Virus record (IMG/VR): IMGVR_UViG_3300033067_000343
Span: 1 to 64,000 of that record
Reading direction: 5' to 3' (one strand)
Length of the DNA: 64,000 nucleotides
Source: a virus
Lineage: Duplodnaviria; Caudoviricetes
The notes beneath the pieces are model-generated. The model was given only the letters and a program-made list of their open reading frames with translations. It did no database searches and was not told the origin of the DNA. Positions 39,533 to 49,306 of the stretch are shown here, piece by piece. A program made the position numbers and the translations under genes. The stretch's first letter is position 1. Each line of letters starts with the position of its first letter.

Positions 39533-40008
39533 TCTTCAATCACATTAAACAACTTAAAGCAGAAGGCAAAAGGATTGGCATTACCTTTTCAACATTCGAT
39601 ATGCTTCATGCAGGACATGTGGCTATGCTTAGTGAAGCCAAGAATCACTGCGATTACCTTATATGCGGGCTCCAGACAGACCCGACTATCGACCGCCCAG
39701 ACACGAAAAATAAGCCTGTCCAGAGTATTGTTGAACGTCAGATTCAATTGGCTGCTTGTCGTTACGTGGACGAGGTGGTGGTTTATTCTACGGAGCAAGA
39801 CCTTACTGACCTTTTGCTCATCTTACCAGTTGACGTTCGAATCCTTGGAGTAGAATACCAAGACAAAGACTTTACTGGACGCCACGAATGTGCAATGCGT
39901 AGAATTGAATTAGTGTTTAATGGACGCGATCACAGCTTTAGCAGCAGTGGATTAAGAAGCCGTGTTGTTATGGCAGAATCAATGAAGGCTTTATCCACAA
40001 AGGGATAA
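39529..40008 (+). CDS. cytidylyltransferase (TagD/RfaE-like)
   Basis: FSTFDMLHAGH, GLQTD, ACRYVDEV, SSS.LR. Confidence 0.88.
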   Translation: MIFNHIKQLKAEGKRIGITFSTFDMLHAGHVAMLSEAKNHCDYLICGLQTDPTIDRPDTKNKPVQSIVERQIQLAACRYVDEVVVYSTEQDLTDLLLILPVDVRILGVEYQDKDFTGRHECAMRRIELVFNGRDHSFSSSGLRSRVVMAESMKALSTKG

Positions 40009-40009
40009 T

Positions 40010-40540
40010 ATGGATGTAATGCTTGACCTCGAGACACTGGGCACTAGGCCCGAGTGTGTTATTTTAACTTTAGGTGCAGTAAAGTTTGACCCTTTTTCAA
40101 TGAAGGAACCTGGCCCGGGATTGTATGTTCGTCCTAACGTAGACGAGCAAATTGCAAAAGGACGAGAAGTCCAAGAAGATACAATGCTGTGGTGGATGGA
40201 TCAGTCAGAGGACGTTCGAGAAGAAGCACTCGGAGAAGAAGGTCGTATTAGCGTTGAACAAATGTACAAGGAGCTTAACCGGTTCCTTGTTGGTGTGAAT
40301 ACTATTTGGTGTCAAGGACCAGTCTTTGACATTGCCATCTTGGAAAATCTGTATAGACAATACGGTTGGCCAACTCCGTGGCAATTCTGGCAGATTAGCG
40401 ATAGCCGAACAGTATTCAAAATGCACGGTGACCCACGTGTAAAAGGTAAAGTGGGCCTTCACAATGCATTAGAGGATTGTGTAAGCCAAGCAACTGCGGT
40501 TCAGCAAGTGTATAAAAAATTAGGACTAGAAAAACGATGA
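40010..40540 (+). CDS. DEDDh 3'-5' exonuclease (Rv2179c-like)
   Basis: MLDLETLG, GPVFD, DSRT, HNALED. Confidence 0.82.
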   Translation: MDVMLDLETLGTRPECVILTLGAVKFDPFSMKEPGPGLYVRPNVDEQIAKGREVQEDTMLWWMDQSEDVREEALGEEGRISVEQMYKELNRFLVGVNTIWCQGPVFDIAILENLYRQYGWPTPWQFWQISDSRTVFKMHGDPRVKGKVGLHNALEDCVSQATAVQQVYKKLGLEKR

Positions 40541-40989
40541 CTACAATTCTTAAAGAAACTCATGCTCGCACAGTGGCTAAGACCATTAGTTGGCGAGTTC
40601 TACTTACACTTAGCCATGTTATTAACGGGCTTATTGTATCTGGAAGCCTGTTAGTTGGGTTGCAAATTGCAGGCCTGTCGGCGATTATTAACAGCATTTT
40701 GTTCTGGGGCCACGAACGTGCCTGGAATATCTTTCTGTGGAACCGTAAACAAACAGACCAGGACTTTGTCGAAGGACATCCTCGCACATTGAGCAAGATT
40801 ATCACCTGGCGCATTCTTATCACAGGCAGCAACTTCTTAATTCCTTTCATCATGACAGGTAGTTGGGGTGCCGCGGCAGCGTTCCTTGGTATTGCAACCT
40901 TTGTGAACATTGGGTTGTTCTGGGGACACGAACGTGTGTGGAACAAGATCCATTGGGGCAAAAAGGCGGATGTTGCTACAGCAGAATAA
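40537..40989 (+). CDS. membrane protein with two DUF2061-like repeats
   Basis: RT.AK.I.WR...FWGHERxWN occurs twice. Confidence 0.7.
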   Translation: MTTILKETHARTVAKTISWRVLLTLSHVINGLIVSGSLLVGLQIAGLSAIINSILFWGHERAWNIFLWNRKQTDQDFVEGHPRTLSKIITWRILITGSNFLIPFIMTGSWGAAAAFLGIATFVNIGLFWGHERVWNKIHWGKKADVATAE

Positions 40990-42106
40990 GCTAGGTCACT
41001 ATAAGGTCGGTGACCTTATAACCCATAGCAAGTTAGAAGCAATAGATCTACATAGCAAGACAGGCATTCATCCTCATTGGGACTTTAATGAAGCTGCCTT
41101 TTCTTGCTATAACTGGACAGTAGAACCTGCCCAACACATCCTAGAGCTGTATCGTGCAAGGGCACAACAGCTTAGGGACAAATACGATTACATTGTGCTA
41201 TTGTATAGTGGTGGCGCTGATAGCGAAACTGTTCTGCAAAGTTTTATTGACAACGACATTAAGCTAGACGAGATTGCTTCCTACAGCAACTACGATGCTA
41301 CCAGCGACAAGGACAATAACCTAAACTGCGAACTGTTTAAGGTTAGCGGACCACGAGCTGAACAGTTAAAACAAGACTACCCATGGATGCAGCACCGTGT
41401 CATTGACCTAAGTCAAATGACTGTAGACTACTTTAATAAAGTTGGGTTAGATTGGATTGAGGATCTCAACATGTTCTTTACTCCAAACAGTGCAGTACGT
41501 GAAAGCCTTGGATTAAAGATCAAAGAATGGGCAGACATTATTCACAGTGGCAAAAGCTTCTGCTTGCTATGGGGTCACGATAAGCCACGGCTATTGCACA
41601 TCAATGGGCGATACACTATTAGGTTCATGGACTTATTAGACAACGGCCCAACAGTTAAAAGTTTTGCAGGACAATTGCCTTACGCAGACGAACTTTTTTA
41701 CTGGACACCAGACATGCCTGAGATTGTGATCAAGCAAGGGCACATGCTTAAAAACTATCTAAACAGCAATCTAACAACCAGCCCATTTGTAAGCACACAA
41801 AAAAGTGATCTGGCATACAAAGAAGTTAACGGTGTTAAGTACTGGTTAAATAATCATGGAGTTCATAGTGTCATTTATCCTAGATGGAACATTGATACTT
41901 TTAGCCCCGGCAAACCTGCTAGTATTATCTTCAGTCCTAGAGACGAATGGTTCTTTAACTTGAATCAAGAAGACTCAGCTAAACGTATATGGCGTGCAGG
42001 CATCGATAAAGTGTGGGATATGATTCCGGACTATTGGAAAAACGATACACACAATTTAGCAACAGGATTTAAAGCCTGTTGGAGCAAAGATTACTATTTG
42101 GAATAA
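40970..42106 (+). CDS. PP-loop (adenine nucleotide alpha-hydrolase-like) protein
   Basis: LYSGGADS motif; ATG 40970 preferred. Confidence 0.55.
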   Translation: MLLQQNKLGHYKVGDLITHSKLEAIDLHSKTGIHPHWDFNEAAFSCYNWTVEPAQHILELYRARAQQLRDKYDYIVLLYSGGADSETVLQSFIDNDIKLDEIASYSNYDATSDKDNNLNCELFKVSGPRAEQLKQDYPWMQHRVIDLSQMTVDYFNKVGLDWIEDLNMFFTPNSAVRESLGLKIKEWADIIHSGKSFCLLWGHDKPRLLHINGRYTIRFMDLLDNGPTVKSFAGQLPYADELFYWTPDMPEIVIKQGHMLKNYLNSNLTTSPFVSTQKSDLAYKEVNGVKYWLNNHGVHSVIYPRWNIDTFSPGKPASIIFSPRDEWFFNLNQEDSAKRIWRAGIDKVWDMIPDYWKNDTHNLATGFKACWSKDYYLE

Positions 42107-42107
42107 C

Positions 42108-42422
42108 ATGCAATTAATTTTTAATCGAGAAGCCGCAGATCAATTGCGGGAAAGATATACAGTATTAGAGCTTGAAACATTCGACGTTGACGGCAAAGAA
42201 CTTGAGGTATTCTGCGTTGTTCCTGCAGAGAAGATTGCCTTAACAGAAATCACAACAGTAGATCATTCTACTAAGATGCACAATGAATTTGTGGCTGCAT
42301 TAAAGAGCAAAGACTACAAACTTTGCCGAGATTTGTATGTGCATGTTATGGGTCGCTTTGGCGGGGAACTAGACAGTTTCTACGAAGAAATCCTTAAGCG
42401 TATTGATTCTAGCGATACATAA
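42108..42422 (+). CDS. hypothetical protein
   Basis: 104-aa ORF within the operon. Confidence 0.65.
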   Translation: MQLIFNREAADQLRERYTVLELETFDVDGKELEVFCVVPAEKIALTEITTVDHSTKMHNEFVAALKSKDYKLCRDLYVHVMGRFGGELDSFYEEILKRIDSSDT

Positions 42423-42429
42423 TACCCAA

Positions 42430-42456
42430 CTCCTTACTTGTAAATAGAGTAAGGAG
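42430..42456 (+). promoter_or_regulatory. 9-bp perfect anti-SD hairpin with TAAATA in the loop
   Basis: CTCCTTACT (42430-42438) / AGTAAGGAG (42448-42456); TAAATA 42441-42446. Confidence 0.8.
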
Positions 42457-42463
42457 ATCACAT

Positions 42464-42601
42464 ATGAGCTGGTTTAAACGCAGACCTAGGACTCGAGACC
42501 CTATCAAAACGCCACCACGTGACGTTAGTCCATTAACAGAAAAGCTCTTAGAGGAATCTAAGCAAGCAATTCGAACCACAAAACCCAAGAAATATAAGTA
42601 G
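42464..42601 (+). CDS. small basic protein (45 aa, below track cutoff)
   Basis: MSWFKRRPRTRDPIK...KKYK*; strong SD and late promoter. Confidence 0.65.
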   Translation: MSWFKRRPRTRDPIKTPPRDVSPLTEKLLEESKQAIRTTKPKKYK

Positions 42602-42621
42602 CATTTAATCTAGAACAAACT

Positions 42622-42677
42622 CTCTGTAAATAATAATAAGCATTTTTCAACAACAACAAGAAAAATTATTACAGGAG
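42622..42677 (+). promoter_or_regulatory. late promoter overlapping an anti-SD stem; leader loop with (AAC)n
   Basis: CTCTGTAAATAAT pairs ATTATTACAGGAG; inner TTTTTC-AACAACAACAA-GAAAAA. Confidence 0.55.
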
Positions 42678-42684
42678 CTAGAAA

Positions 42685-43170
42685 ATGCAAGGGTTAAAAA
42701 AACTAATAGCAGTAACCGTTGGGGTTATTTTCGCCGCCACAGCCATGGCGCAGAGTGACCCAATTGTGACTCAGTCTACATCAGATAGTAAGACTTACAA
42801 CAAGAGCGACAGTACGACTACCGTTAAGTCGCCACCACCAAGTGCCATTGCACCAGCAGTAACCGTTATCAATAACGATGTTTGTGCAGTAGCAGCGTCA
42901 GGTGCAGTTCAGACCCAAATCTTGGGTATTAGCATGGGTGGAACCACTACAGACTATAACTGTGAACGCATCAAACTATCACGTTCACTATTTGACATGG
43001 GCATGAAGGTTGCGGCGGTTGCAACAATGTGCCAAGATCGTCGCGTGTGGGACGCTATGATGGATGCTGGCACACCTTGTCCAATTGATGGCAAGATTGG
43101 TGCAGAAGCAAAATCAATCTGGGATATTAGCCCGGACCGCAAGCCAGTATTTAAAACTGAGAAGAAATGA
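42685..43170 (+). CDS. secreted Cys-containing hypothetical protein
   Basis: Signal peptide ending ATAMA-Q; C...NCERIK...CQD...GTPCP. Confidence 0.75.
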   Translation: MQGLKKLIAVTVGVIFAATAMAQSDPIVTQSTSDSKTYNKSDSTTTVKSPPPSAIAPAVTVINNDVCAVAASGAVQTQILGISMGGTTTDYNCERIKLSRSLFDMGMKVAAVATMCQDRRVWDAMMDAGTPCPIDGKIGAEAKSIWDISPDRKPVFKTEKK

Positions 43171-45596
43171 AACAACTAATTGCCCTATTTGCGGCGTTAG
43201 TGGTTTCAGTTTCTGGGGCACAAACAGTACAAACCACGCCTAACTTGATTACGTCAGGTACTAACCATACCTGGACGGGTGTAACTACGGGCACGGTTCC
43301 TTCTAACTATATGCCCGGCGGTCCCACACCGTTGTACGACCCAAGCACAAACACTGTTTACTTCAGTTACAATGCCAATGCCTACGTAGGACAAACTATT
43401 GCGATCAACAATGCTCTAGCTAATGTAGGCGCAGGGGTTAAGATCAACGGCTACAATTACGGGTACGAAGTTCGCAACATGAACGGTGACGACCGTCAGC
43501 CTGGCGTTGATACTTTCACAGTGGCAACAGCATTACGTGGAGTTAACAACTCAGTGTTGTTATCATCAAGTCAGTATTACAATACCAAGTTTGATTGGAC
43601 CGCAGTTTCTGGAAACAGAACAGCAGCAACACCAATTGATATAGCAGATGCAACTTATTTGCAAATTGGTATTACTGGTGGAGACAACGGCTACTGGGGC
43701 GGTTACTTTGGACCGCAGGTTCGTAACGTTAGCATGAAGTTAAACTACACAGTGGATCCATGTGTATCTAACCCTGCGTACAGCCCGTCATGTGCAAATT
43801 ACAATACCGTAACCACTAGCAACAACCTTGTACCTAATCCAACCGGATATGCTACATTTGGTAACACAATTAACAACTCATACGCTATTAACCAAGCGTT
43901 GAATCTAAGCGGTGCAGGTGTAATGATCCATGGATTCCAATGGGGTTATCAAGCTAATGCCAATGGCCCGTGGTGTTCTTCGTGGGATATATTTGGTTGC
44001 TGGGGAGCCACAATAACTCCGTCGGTAACAACCAATGTAAACATCACTGATAACAATAATGCAAGTTTGTATAATGTGTCACGTACCTACACAAACAGCT
44101 ACAACACCACAAGCTATCAATACGTATTTCCGTCTAGTAGAAACTTAGGAACACTTGGTAACTTTAACTTTACTGCAAGCACAAACGATGCAGCTTATAT
44201 TGGTGACATGTGGAGCAAGGCTTTGTATACACCTGATCCATGTACAGTTAATCCGTTGAGCTCAACTAGTTGCCCTGGCTACCAACAAGCGTACCAAGAC
44301 CAACAATGCAGTGCAAACCCACTGTATGCAACCGTTTGCCCAGGATATGCCGCAGCATACCTAACACAACAGTGTTCTGCTAATCCGTTGTATAGCCCAA
44401 GTTGCCCTGGGTATGCATCTGCGTATTACTCACAACAATGTTCTATCAACCCACTGTATGCAAGTGATTGTCCGGGATATGCATCTGCGTATAAAGCACA
44501 ACAGTGTTCACTGGATGCGTTGTACGCCACAGATTGTCCTGGGTATGAGCAGGCATATTTTAACCAACAGTGTACAGCCAATCCGTTGTACAACACACAA
44601 TGCCCAGGCTACGGTGTTGCTTACCACGACCAGCAATGTCGCCTTAACCCACTTTTTGCAAGTGACTGTACTGGATATCAGCAAGCGTACTTAACACAGC
44701 AATGTAACATTAACCAATTGTATAGCAGCCAATGCCCTGGGTATGCGGAAGCCTACAAGACACAACAATGTTCAATGAATGCGTTGTATGCAACTGATTG
44801 CCCGGGTTACGCCGCTGCATATAAATCACAACAGTGTACCATTAATCCATTGTATGCAACAGACTGCCCTGGCTACGACCAAGCGTACCTAAATGCACAA
44901 TGTATTAGAGACAGCTTGTATAGCAAATTGTGTGAAGGATACAAAACAGCCTACGCCATTAAGTATCTGGCACCACTTGATTCGGCAGTAACTACAGCAG
45001 TTAACCAACAGCTAACAACCACAGTTGAAGTAGCCAAGGCAGATCCTGCTAACGTAGTATCCGCCACAGGTAGCAGCACAACTGACTCAGTATTAGCAAC
45101 ACCTAGCACAACCAGCGCCACAAGTGTTACAAGCGTGACTAGCGTTATTGCACCCCCTCCGCCTGCAACAGGACCAGCTGGTGCAGCACCACCTCCACCA
45201 CCTCCACCTCCTCCTGCACAACAGCAAGAACGTGCAGCAGAAGGCAAGAAGACCGACACAGCGGTGGCAAGTGTTGAAAAGAAGGCAGGTGGTAACCAAG
45301 CCGCAGCGAAAGCCGCAGCCACAGAACGTGCCAAAGAACTTGCCAACGAAGCTGGTAAAGCAGCAACGTTAGAAGCTCAAGCAGCAACACAAGGTTTAGT
45401 AGTGGGATTAATGGGGTATGTTCCAGGTTTTACAGCATACCAAAATTCAATTGTTCCTGATACAATGGCAAATGCAGTAGCCCGCCAGTATCATAAACCC
45501 ACAATCGATAATCGCAATGCCCAGAGACGACTAAGCGGCGCGAGTGAAACACGATGGCAAGAAATAGTCGACAGCCAATATAACTTAGGAAAATAA
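43167..45596 (+). CDS. large secreted protein with tandem Cys-rich repeats
   Basis: Signal peptide, two beta-rich domains, 11 tandem 22-aa repeats, poly-Pro linker, helical C-terminus. Confidence 0.8.
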   Translation: MKQLIALFAALVVSVSGAQTVQTTPNLITSGTNHTWTGVTTGTVPSNYMPGGPTPLYDPSTNTVYFSYNANAYVGQTIAINNALANVGAGVKINGYNYGYEVRNMNGDDRQPGVDTFTVATALRGVNNSVLLSSSQYYNTKFDWTAVSGNRTAATPIDIADATYLQIGITGGDNGYWGGYFGPQVRNVSMKLNYTVDPCVSNPAYSPSCANYNTVTTSNNLVPNPTGYATFGNTINNSYAINQALNLSGAGVMIHGFQWGYQANANGPWCSSWDIFGCWGATITPSVTTNVNITDNNNASLYNVSRTYTNSYNTTSYQYVFPSSRNLGTLGNFNFTASTNDAAYIGDMWSKALYTPDPCTVNPLSSTSCPGYQQAYQDQQCSANPLYATVCPGYAAAYLTQQCSANPLYSPSCPGYASAYYSQQCSINPLYASDCPGYASAYKAQQCSLDALYATDCPGYEQAYFNQQCTANPLYNTQCPGYGVAYHDQQCRLNPLFASDCTGYQQAYLTQQCNINQLYSSQCPGYAEAYKTQQCSMNALYATDCPGYAAAYKSQQCTINPLYATDCPGYDQAYLNAQCIRDSLYSKLCEGYKTAYAIKYLAPLDSAVTTAVNQQLTTTVEVAKADPANVVSATGSSTTDSVLATPSTTSATSVTSVTSVIAPPPPATGPAGAAPPPPPPPPPAQQQERAAEGKKTDTAVASVEKKAGGNQAAAKAAATERAKELANEAGKAATLEAQAATQGLVVGLMGYVPGFTAYQNSIVPDTMANAVARQYHKPTIDNRNAQRRLSGASETRWQEIVDSQYNLGK
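44241..44954 (+). repeat. 11 tandem 22-aa (66-bp) repeats CxxNPLYxxxCPGYxxAYxxQQ
   Basis: Counted in the translation; one more isolated copy upstream (CVSNPAYSPSC). Confidence 0.9.
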
Positions 45597-45597
45597 A

Positions 45598-46131
45598 ATG
45601 GCAGAAGAAATTAAAGACGTCAACGCAAAGATTGACGAAGCAGAAGCAGCAGTAAAAAAGTATGCTAGCAAAGACACTGTAATTAGCATTGGCGGATATG
45701 AATTTACTCCGGCTAAGCTAATGGTTGCATTCACATTAGCATCATCGTTGTTAGGTGGTCTATATGGGTGTTTCGAAGTGTACAAAGACTACATGAGCAT
45801 GAAGAAGCGTATTGCTGAATACGTTGCTCCAGACTTATCAGTGTTCGACAAGCGTTTAGCTGTAATTGAAGAGAACAGCCAAAAGGCAACAGATTACACT
45901 CGCGACATTAAGAACGACTTGAAGCAGGACGTTCGTCGTCTTGAAGGTGTTGTTGAAGGTGTTGAGCGTAGTGTTAAGCAAAGTGCCCGCGAAAGCGATT
46001 TAGCAGTTCGTGAAGTTCAAGGTGAACTACGCAAGAACACTAAAGAGATGGACCAAACAGTTAAGCAACTACAACGCGAAGTTGATCACAAGATCAAGCA
46101 AGCACTTGACAATCCTTTAGCAGGTAAGTAA
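45598..46131 (+). CDS. single-TM coiled-coil protein
   Basis: TM LMVAFTLASSLLGGLYG then a long heptad region. Confidence 0.75.
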   Translation: MAEEIKDVNAKIDEAEAAVKKYASKDTVISIGGYEFTPAKLMVAFTLASSLLGGLYGCFEVYKDYMSMKKRIAEYVAPDLSVFDKRLAVIEENSQKATDYTRDIKNDLKQDVRRLEGVVEGVERSVKQSARESDLAVREVQGELRKNTKEMDQTVKQLQREVDHKIKQALDNPLAGK

Positions 46132-46138
46132 AATATAC

Positions 46139-46161
46139 ATGCACCCCCTCGTGGGGTGCAT
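46139..46161. terminator. 9-bp GC-rich hairpin after the cassette (no U-tract)
   Basis: ATGCACCCC-CTCGT-GGGGTGCAT. Confidence 0.5.
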
Positions 46162-46202
46162 AGTAATCACATTATGAATTACTACACAAATTATTTAGAT
46201 CA

Positions 46203-46958
46203 ATGTATCGCTTTATTCTTATTTTGGCATTACTTGCCAACAGCAATAGTTGGGCAAAACCTGCCGCAACTATTGACGACACTAACGACCTTACAGCAAA
46301 AACGTGGCTAGTCGCTGACGCCGACAATCGAATCCTTGCTAGCAAAGATATCGAAACTATTCGTCCAATGGCCAGCATTACTAAGGTAATGACAGTGTTA
46401 ACAGTAATGGATGCTAAACAGGATTTGGGTCAGTACATTAGATACAACAAGACCCTAATGTTAACTAGGGCAGAGTTAATTGAGTTAGCAATGGTTAAGA
46501 GCGATAACCATGCAGCAGACTTACTGTGTAGAAATTACATAGGCGGGTATGGTAATTGTATCGGGGACATGAATGCCAACGCTGTTAAGTACGGGATGAA
46601 GCACACAAACTATGTTGATGCAACCGGACTGTTACCAGACAATACAAGTACTGCCGAAGACCTGTTGCTGTTGTTAGTTGTAGCAGAAAAGAATTACTTA
46701 ATCAATCACGCTGCCACAAAGACCAAAGTGGAAATACAGCACAAGAAGAAGTGGTTAATATTTAAACAAACCAATCCCTTAATCGGTCACAAGCACAAGT
46801 TTATTGTTAGCAAAACTGGCACAACTAATGCAGCAGGTGGTTGCATTATCCTAACAGTTGAAACAGAACGCGGCCTTCGCCGCGTTATTGTGTTAGGTAG
46901 TAAAAACGGTAGAACCCGTATTCCTGAAGCAGAGTTTATCTACAAACAAGTAGATTAA
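46203..46958 (+). CDS. D-Ala-D-Ala peptidase S11 (PBP7/PbpG-like)
   Basis: Signal peptide; SxxK ASITK, SDN, KTG triad; KTGTTNAAG. Confidence 0.88.
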   Translation: MYRFILILALLANSNSWAKPAATIDDTNDLTAKTWLVADADNRILASKDIETIRPMASITKVMTVLTVMDAKQDLGQYIRYNKTLMLTRAELIELAMVKSDNHAADLLCRNYIGGYGNCIGDMNANAVKYGMKHTNYVDATGLLPDNTSTAEDLLLLLVVAEKNYLINHAATKTKVEIQHKKKWLIFKQTNPLIGHKHKFIVSKTGTTNAAGGCIILTVETERGLRRVIVLGSKNGRTRIPEAEFIYKQVD

Positions 46959-48067
46959 TAAGTTAGGATCGTTCCCAATTCCCTCATGTCATCTGGGTTA
47001 TACTGAATCTCTGCTTGATCCAATGCAGACCCTAAATTAGTAATCAGCTCATCAACAACTGTGGTACGCATTGTCTTAAAGAAGGTATTAAAGTTGTGGT
47101 CCAATATGTGTTGCATATCTCGCTTCATTTCAACAAGCTCGTGGTGCGGTGTGTTACATAGCTTCTCTAGAATGGTTAGCACAGCATCGAAGCGATCAAC
47201 ATTGTTTGTCATGCTGTCATAACTCTCATCCCAATAGTCCCCAAATGTTTTAAATCCGTACGACCTTAGATATGCAAGATTACCGGCACCAGCTAACAGC
47301 AAAAACGGAGTTCGGGCAACAATAGGTTTGAATATCTTTTCAGTTAAGTGAACCTTGTCTTCGTAGAAGATTGTTTCGGTTACAAGATTAACAAACGCAG
47401 ATTGCATGTCACCGATGTTAATTTCTGCACTTAGCCCACCGTGTGCATTTTTAGTGTCAATGGTTCTTTTTTGATTTAAGAGTTCTAGGTTGTTCTCTAT
47501 TAGAGATTTGTGTGCAGCCGGCAGTAGTTTGTAATTTGCCAACGATTCGATGATGTGAGAGTAATGATCGTTGTTGTAGCTCACATACCCGTGATCCATT
47601 AGACCTCTATTAGACAGTTCAGAGATTAGTGCAGCACGGTACAAACGTTTATTGGCAATCAAATTGTTATAAGTAATATATACGCGATCGAAATTTACGT
47701 TGGCTTGCACAGTATACCAATAGTTTCTGTACCATTCGTGGCACAGAAGAGCATGGTAAAAATAATGACACGGTATGAGTGAATAGTCTCTACACAATAG
47801 GTCTTGCTCTGTGCTATACTCACTGGATATTAAAATTTTTTTATTGCTGAGTTGAATGCTGCCGTTACGGTATATGCGTGTATAGAAAATAGATAAATCA
47901 ATCGGTTCTTGATCATAAAAGATAACAGTATTTTTACTGTTTATATTCTCTTTATACTCTGTAAAATTTAAAGCAACATTGGTCAAGAGCGGACATATAG
48001 ATCGTAGTCCTGCATCAGTTAGCAGTCGATCTTGAAACACTTTATAAAAGAAATCATAAGGAATCAT
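46955..48067 (-). CDS. glycosyltransferase-like protein, paralog 2
   Basis: VTET...LTEKIFKP...GFKTF...DESYD; likely start MIPYDFF at 48067. Confidence 0.5.
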   Translation of the reverse strand: MIPYDFFYKVFQDRLLTDAGLRSICPLLTNVALNFTEYKENINSKNTVIFYDQEPIDLSIFYTRIYRNGSIQLSNKKILISSEYSTEQDLLCRDYSLIPCHYFYHALLCHEWYRNYWYTVQANVNFDRVYITYNNLIANKRLYRAALISELSNRGLMDHGYVSYNNDHYSHIIESLANYKLLPAAHKSLIENNLELLNQKRTIDTKNAHGGLSAEINIGDMQSAFVNLVTETIFYEDKVHLTEKIFKPIVARTPFLLLAGAGNLAYLRSYGFKTFGDYWDESYDSMTNNVDRFDAVLTILEKLCNTPHHELVEMKRDMQHILDHNFNTFFKTMRTTVVDELITNLGSALDQAEIQYNPDDMRELGTILTY

Positions 48068-48070
48068 AGT

Positions 48071-49306
48071 ATGAATAAACAGGTAGGTTTTATTGGGATT
48101 GGCAAACTCGGTATGGCGTGCGCCGAAGTAATGGGTGAGAAGTATGATGTCACTGGATATGATATTTACCCCAAAACCAGTACCAAGATCAAAATTGCAT
48201 CTACTCTCAAGGATGCAGTGCTTGGTAAAGATATTGTGTTTATTGCAGTACAAACACCACACGACCCAAAGTACGATGGGTCCGGTCCTATTGCACAATT
48301 ACCTAACGTAGACTTTGACTACACCATAGTCGAAAATGTATTAAAGCAGGTTAACTGTTGGGCAAGACCTAATCAGCTAATTGTACTTATCAGTACAGTA
48401 TTACCTGGCACTGTGCGGGGTACGCTTAAGCAGCATATCACAAATGGACGTTTCATTTACAACCCTTACCTAATTGCTATGGGTAGTGTTGAATGGGACA
48501 TGGTTAACCCAGAGATGGTTATTATCGGAACAGAGGACGGAAGTCTTACAGGAGATGCTCAAGAACTAATCGATTTCTACAAGACCTTAATGCAAAACGA
48601 ACCACGATACGAAGTGGGCACATGGGATGAAGCGGAATGTATCAAGGTGTTTTACAATACGTTTATTAGCGCCAAGATTGGATTAGCAAACATGATCCAA
48701 GACGTTGCTATTAAACAAGGTAACATCGACGTAGACGTTGTTACCAACGCATTAGCTAAATCCAGCATGCGGATTATGGGGCCTAAGTATATGACAGCGG
48801 GGATGGGCGATGCTGGTCCCTGCCACCCACGTGACAACATTGCATTAAGGTATCTTGCAGAACGATTAGATCTTGGCTACGATTTGTTTGATGCTATCAT
48901 GAATGCCCGTGAGATTCAAGCTCGTAACCTTGCTAAGTTTATTGCAGATGAAGCCAACAATGCATTGCTACCAGTATACATTCACGGTAAAGCATACAAG
49001 CCAGATGTTGCTTACTTAGAAGGTAGTTATAGTTTGCTAGTTGGACATTTCCTTGAAAAGGAGTTTGGCATTGTACCGCAGTACATCGATCCATTAACCG
49101 AGGAATTGAATCCCAAGTCTATCAAAGGTGTAATGCTATTGGCGCACAATAGAAAGATCACCTATGGTTATGCAGGCGAAGAAAACGAGCAGGAGCTTTA
49201 TTGTAAGATTAACCAGGGCAGCATTATCATCGATCCGTGGAGACAATATACAACCTCTGCACCGGGCGTTAAGGTAATCCACTATGGCAATACACGTTCA
49301 CAGTAA
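48071..49306 (+). CDS. NDP-sugar 6-dehydrogenase (UDP-glucose/GDP-mannose dehydrogenase family)
   Basis: GIGKLG Rossmann, STVLPGT, AECIK, GPCHPRD with catalytic Cys, GKAYKP. Confidence 0.85.
   Translation: MNKQVGFIGIGKLGMACAEVMGEKYDVTGYDIYPKTSTKIKIASTLKDAVLGKDIVFIAVQTPHDPKYDGSGPIAQLPNVDFDYTIVENVLKQVNCWARPNQLIVLISTVLPGTVRGTLKQHITNGRFIYNPYLIAMGSVEWDMVNPEMVIIGTEDGSLTGDAQELIDFYKTLMQNEPRYEVGTWDEAECIKVFYNTFISAKIGLANMIQDVAIKQGNIDVDVVTNALAKSSMRIMGPKYMTAGMGDAGPCHPRDNIALRYLAERLDLGYDLFDAIMNAREIQARNLAKFIADEANNALLPVYIHGKAYKPDVAYLEGSYSLLVGHFLEKEFGIVPQYIDPLTEELNPKSIKGVMLLAHNRKITYGYAGEENEQELYCKINQGSIIIDPWRQYTTSAPGVKVIHYGNTRSQ

Noticed and set aside
46174-46311. Short overlapping ORF starting in a TAGTAAT/ATTACTA loop upstream of the PBP gene
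   Set aside because: No RBS, out of frame with the well-supported S11 peptidase and no recognisable features
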